This document shows positions 60,765-64,000 of a stretch of 64,000 bases of DNA, piece after piece. Positions within the stretch are counted from its first letter, which is position 1. Each line of letters begins with the position of its first letter. The translations under genes and the position numbers were made by a program. The notes below the pieces were generated by a model that had not been told where the DNA came from, did not search any database, and saw nothing but the letters and a program-made list of their open reading frames with translations. Origin of the DNA: Sedimentisphaerales bacterium (lineage in GTDB: Bacteria; Planctomycetota; Phycisphaerae; Sedimentisphaerales; Anaerobacaceae); assembly GCA_040772485.1 (NCBI GenBank), contig JAXGYC010000008.1:128001-192000 (forward strand), read 5' to 3'.

Positions 60765-61025
60765 ATGGCGACAGTAGCAGAACGTGTCAAGGCAGTGACC
60801 GCGCGAGTGCTGAGGGTGCCCCCGGAGGACATTCGTCCGGAGCACAGTTTCGCGGAGGATCTTGGGGCCGAGAGTGTGCAGTCCATCGAACTGGTGGCGA
60901 TGTTCGAAGAGGAGTTCGGCATCGAGATGGACGAGGATGCGGCGTTGTCGGTCGAAACCGTCGGGGCCGCCGTCAAGTTCATCACGAACGTGTGCAAGGA
61001 ACAGGGCGTGGACGTGGAGGAGTAG
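60765..61025 (+). CDS. Acyl carrier protein with a non-canonical ESV attachment motif
   Basis: SFAEDLGAESVQSIELVAMFEEEFGIEM.DE.A...TVG.A; acidic 86 aa. Confidence 0.88.
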   Translation: MATVAERVKAVTARVLRVPPEDIRPEHSFAEDLGAESVQSIELVAMFEEEFGIEMDEDAALSVETVGAAVKFITNVCKEQGVDVEE

Positions 61026-61055
61026 AACGTCGGCGCCAAGAAGAAAGGAACTCAC

Positions 61056-62450
61056 ATGGGCAAAGCCAAGAAATCCCATCCTCTGGCCGACGCCACGCGG
61101 CCCAATCTGCTCGAAGACATGTTTCCGCATACTCTGCCGCCGCTGATCCGGCTGAACGGACCGATCATCGAACGAATCGACGGCAAGCCGGTGGAATTCG
61201 ACGTTTCCGACATCAAGAGCCGGCCGATCTTCATCAGCGACACGACGTTCCGTGACGGCCAGCAGTCGCTGCCGCCCTACACCATCGATCAGATGGTGCG
61301 CATCTACGACCTCCTGTCGCGGCTGGGCGGTCCGAACGGGGTCGTCCGGCAGACGGAGTTCTTCCTGTACACGAAGAACGACCGGGCGACACTGGACAAG
61401 TGCCGCGAGCTGGGACACAAGTACCCTGAGTGCACCGGCTGGATCCGCGCCGTCAAAGGCGACTTCCGTCTCGTCAAGGAGATGGGGCTCAAGGAAACGG
61501 GCATGCTGACCAGTTGCTCGGACTACCACGTCTTCCAGAAGCTCAAGTTTGCCAGCCGCAAGGCCTGCATCGACAGCTACTGCGAGGTGGTGGCGGCGGC
61601 CTTCGAGGCCGGCGTGCGTCCGCGATGCCACCTGGAGGACATCACCCGGGCCGACATCGAGGGATTCGTCCTGCCCTTCATCGATCGTCTCATGGAGATG
61701 AGCGAGCAGGTTCCCGAGGAGCTCAGCGTCAAGATTCGCCTGTGTGACACCATGGGCTTCGGGATCAGCTATCCGGGCGCTGAACTGCCTCGCAGCATTC
61801 CCAAGCTCATCTACAAACTCAATCGCGAGTGCGGGGTCCCGAGCGATCGGCTCGAATGGCACGGCCACAATGACTTCCACAAGGTCCACATCAACGGCTC
61901 CACCGCGTGGCTGTACGGCTGCGACGTGGTCAACACGACCTTGTTCGGCTTCGGCGAGCGAACGGGCAATCCGCCTCTGGAAGGCGCGATCTTCGAGTAC
62001 ATCGCCCTGAAAGGGGACACCTGCGGGATCGACACCCTGGCCATCACGGAGCTGGCAGAGTACATGCGATCCATCGGCCTGCCTATTCCCGAAAACTATC
62101 CCTTCGCCGGACGGGGTTTCAACACGACCCGCGCCGGGATCCATGCCGGCGGGCTGCGCCAGGACGAACGCATCTACAACATCTTCGACACGGAAAAGCT
62201 GCTGGGCCGGCCGCCGCGCGTGGCGATCACCGACAAGAGCGGCGCCGACGGAGTGGCCCACTGGCTCAACGAGTTCTTCGGTCTCAAAGGAGAGGACCGC
62301 ATCAACAAGATCAAGGTGCACAAGCTGGCCCGCTGGGTCATCGACCAGTACGACGAGGAAGGCCGCCTGACCGCCATCAGCGACAAGGAGCTGGAGGCGA
62401 AAGCCAAAGAATTCTATCCCGAATACTGGAAGAAATACAAACAGGCATAG
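61056..62450 (+). CDS. Re-citrate synthase-like enzyme (DRE-TIM/homocitrate-isopropylmalate synthase family)
   Basis: ISDTTFRDGQQSLPPYT, HLEDITRAD, CDTMG, EWHGHNDF, GERTGN and TRAGIHA; no LeuA regulatory domain. Confidence 0.78.
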   Translation: MGKAKKSHPLADATRPNLLEDMFPHTLPPLIRLNGPIIERIDGKPVEFDVSDIKSRPIFISDTTFRDGQQSLPPYTIDQMVRIYDLLSRLGGPNGVVRQTEFFLYTKNDRATLDKCRELGHKYPECTGWIRAVKGDFRLVKEMGLKETGMLTSCSDYHVFQKLKFASRKACIDSYCEVVAAAFEAGVRPRCHLEDITRADIEGFVLPFIDRLMEMSEQVPEELSVKIRLCDTMGFGISYPGAELPRSIPKLIYKLNRECGVPSDRLEWHGHNDFHKVHINGSTAWLYGCDVVNTTLFGFGERTGNPPLEGAIFEYIALKGDTCGIDTLAITELAEYMRSIGLPIPENYPFAGRGFNTTRAGIHAGGLRQDERIYNIFDTEKLLGRPPRVAITDKSGADGVAHWLNEFFGLKGEDRINKIKVHKLARWVIDQYDEEGRLTAISDKELEAKAKEFYPEYWKKYKQA

Positions 62451-62537
62451 GCCGGAAGCGTCCGGCCGATGGTCGTGACCGCGATGAGCATCGGCATCAG
62501 GCGTTCAAGATGCCTCTACGGCCGCGCTATGAACAGA

Positions 62538-62574
62538 CGCGTGGGATGGGCCGGAAAAGCGCCCATCCCACGCG
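62538..62574. terminator. Hairpin between convergent genes
   Basis: CGCGTGGGATGGGC-N9-GCCCATCCCACGCG, a perfect 14-bp stem. Confidence 0.6.
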
Positions 62575-62621
62575 GTGTTTTCTGTGCATGTTGACCGTGG
62601 CTATCGGAGGAACCCCTCACA

Positions 62622-64000
62622 TCAGTTGTCGAGAATCTCCTCCGCTCGTCCCTCATCAACCTCCATGACGTGACGGAGGCCTGTGATCTCGGCCGCTTCG
62701 GGGGTCAGAGCCGCCAGGTCGTCGCGAGACAGATACTCCAGCGAGAACTTCCGGCAGCCCGCCATCAGTTGCCGCAGGCCTTGGGCCAGTCTCTCGTAGT
62801 ACGTGTACAGACCGATGGCGCCAGTGGGAAGCTTCTCGAAGTCGCCATTGCCGAACTCTTTGCGCAGCTCGCTGGCGGTGACGAAGATCTCGTCTCTCGT
62901 CGAGCCGAACCGCTCGACGTAGACCGGGAGCTGATGCGCGTCGATGGCCCGGCCGATGGTCTTGCCCACCATTGCCGCCGCAACAGGCGAGCGGGCCATC
63001 CCAATCAACTTGACGTAGGGTGCCCCGAGGGAAAGGCCCTTGAAGATCAGGTCCTCAAACGTGAACCCGCCTCCGACGGCCAGCGCCGGCAAGTAACGGT
63101 TCCTGTCGGCCAGATGCTTGGCATACCGGTACAGAAGCGAATGAAGGTGTATGGGCGGCACACCCCATTCGTTCATCATCCGCCACGGGCTCATGCCGGT
63201 CCCGCCGGAGGCGCCGTCTACGGTGAGCAGGTCGAGCTTGCACTTGGAGGCGAAGCTCAGAGCCCGCGCCAGGTCGGCGGGCCGGTAGGCGCCGGTCTTC
63301 AGGAAGATGTACTTGGCCCCGGCGCGGCGAAGCTCTTCGATCCGCTGAGCGAACGATTCCTCCGACACCATCCCGACGCGAGAGTGCCGCTCAAACTCCT
63401 TGAAGTGGCCATGCTGGAACGCCTCGATGACCGCCGGATCCGTCGGGTCCGGCAGCACGATGTACCCTCGCTCGTGCAGAAGCTGCGCTTTCTTCAGGTC
63501 GCGAATCTTGACCTCGCCGCCGATGTTCTTGGCGCCCTGCCCCCATTTGATCTCGACGCACTCGACGCCCAGCTCGCCGATCGCGTACTCCTGCACGCCC
63601 AGACGTGTGTCCTCGACGTTCGCCTGGACGATGATCGCTCCGTATCCGTCGCGTTGATACTCCCGATACAGCTTCACGCGCCGCTTGAGGTCCACCGTGT
63701 CGAGAACGCGACCGTTCTTGATGGTGGCCTGGACATCCATGCCCGCAACGTTCTCACCGATCGTCAGCCCGGTCCCTGCGAGGGCCGAGCCGGCAGCCAG
63801 TCCCTCCCAGTTGTTCTTGGCGATGTCGGTAGACCCGATCCCGGAAATCAGCCAGGGGTAGCGGAACTTGACTCCCTTGTCATGTCCGATGCGGACTTCG
63901 AGATTCACAGCGGGGAAGATCGCCTTGTCGCTATCCGGCTCGATCCCGTGCGCGCCGACGCAGGTCCCCATGATGTTCAGGTGCGAGTAATCCACCGGGT
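62622..64000 (-). CDS. FMN-binding glutamate-synthase-family protein (5' truncated by the window edge)
   Basis: IGEN, EIKWGQGAK..GGE, TVDGASGGTGMSP and GLRQLMAG. Confidence 0.85.
   Translation of the reverse strand, partial: PVDYSHLNIMGTCVGAHGIEPDSDKAIFPAVNLEVRIGHDKGVKFRYPWLISGIGSTDIAKNNWEGLAAGSALAGTGLTIGENVAGMDVQATIKNGRVLDTVDLKRRVKLYREYQRDGYGAIIVQANVEDTRLGVQEYAIGELGVECVEIKWGQGAKNIGGEVKIRDLKKAQLLHERGYIVLPDPTDPAVIEAFQHGHFKEFERHSRVGMVSEESFAQRIEELRRAGAKYIFLKTGAYRPADLARALSFASKCKLDLLTVDGASGGTGMSPWRMMNEWGVPPIHLHSLLYRYAKHLADRNRYLPALAVGGGFTFEDLIFKGLSLGAPYVKLIGMARSPVAAAMVGKTIGRAIDAHQLPVYVERFGSTRDEIFVTASELRKEFGNGDFEKLPTGAIGLYTYYERLAQGLRQLMAGCRKFSLEYLSRDDLAALTPEAAEITGLRHVMEVDEGRAEEILDN

Noticed and set aside
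61056..62450. Calling this gene leuA
   Set aside because: It has RDGQQ rather than RDGEQ, lacks the regulatory domain and has no leu genes nearby; it fits Re-citrate synthase better.

Overview
High-GC bacterial chromosome segment. It is probably a planctomycete of class Phycisphaerae/Sedimentisphaerales; this is inferred from three prepilin/H-X9-DG (DUF1559-like) paralogs, three Tat-type Gfo/Idh/MocA paralogs, C-terminal dockerin-like tags and anaerobic-type enzymes. Bases 1-20 kb are mostly housekeeping: tRNA-Phe, psd-pssA, purB-pyrE, and pheA-tpiA-secG-yicC-gmk-rpoZ-coaC-coaB. Bases 20-59 kb are accessory: secreted glycan-processing proteins, a broken autotransporter, a MITE-like element, an ATP-grasp/Zn-peptidase pair and a split-Soret-like cytochrome. 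Bases 59-64 kb hold a GlmU-like/ACP/Re-citrate-synthase operon and a partial glutamate-synthase-like gene. The standout is 3428-6145(-), a 905-aa protein. It carries an N-terminal membrane domain with a site-2-protease (M50)-like HEMGH motif, fused to a circularly permuted enolase (TIM barrel first, capping domain last) that keeps the recognisable catalytic residues. All family calls come from motif recognition by eye; no searches were run. No CRISPR array, rRNA, integrase or transposase was seen.
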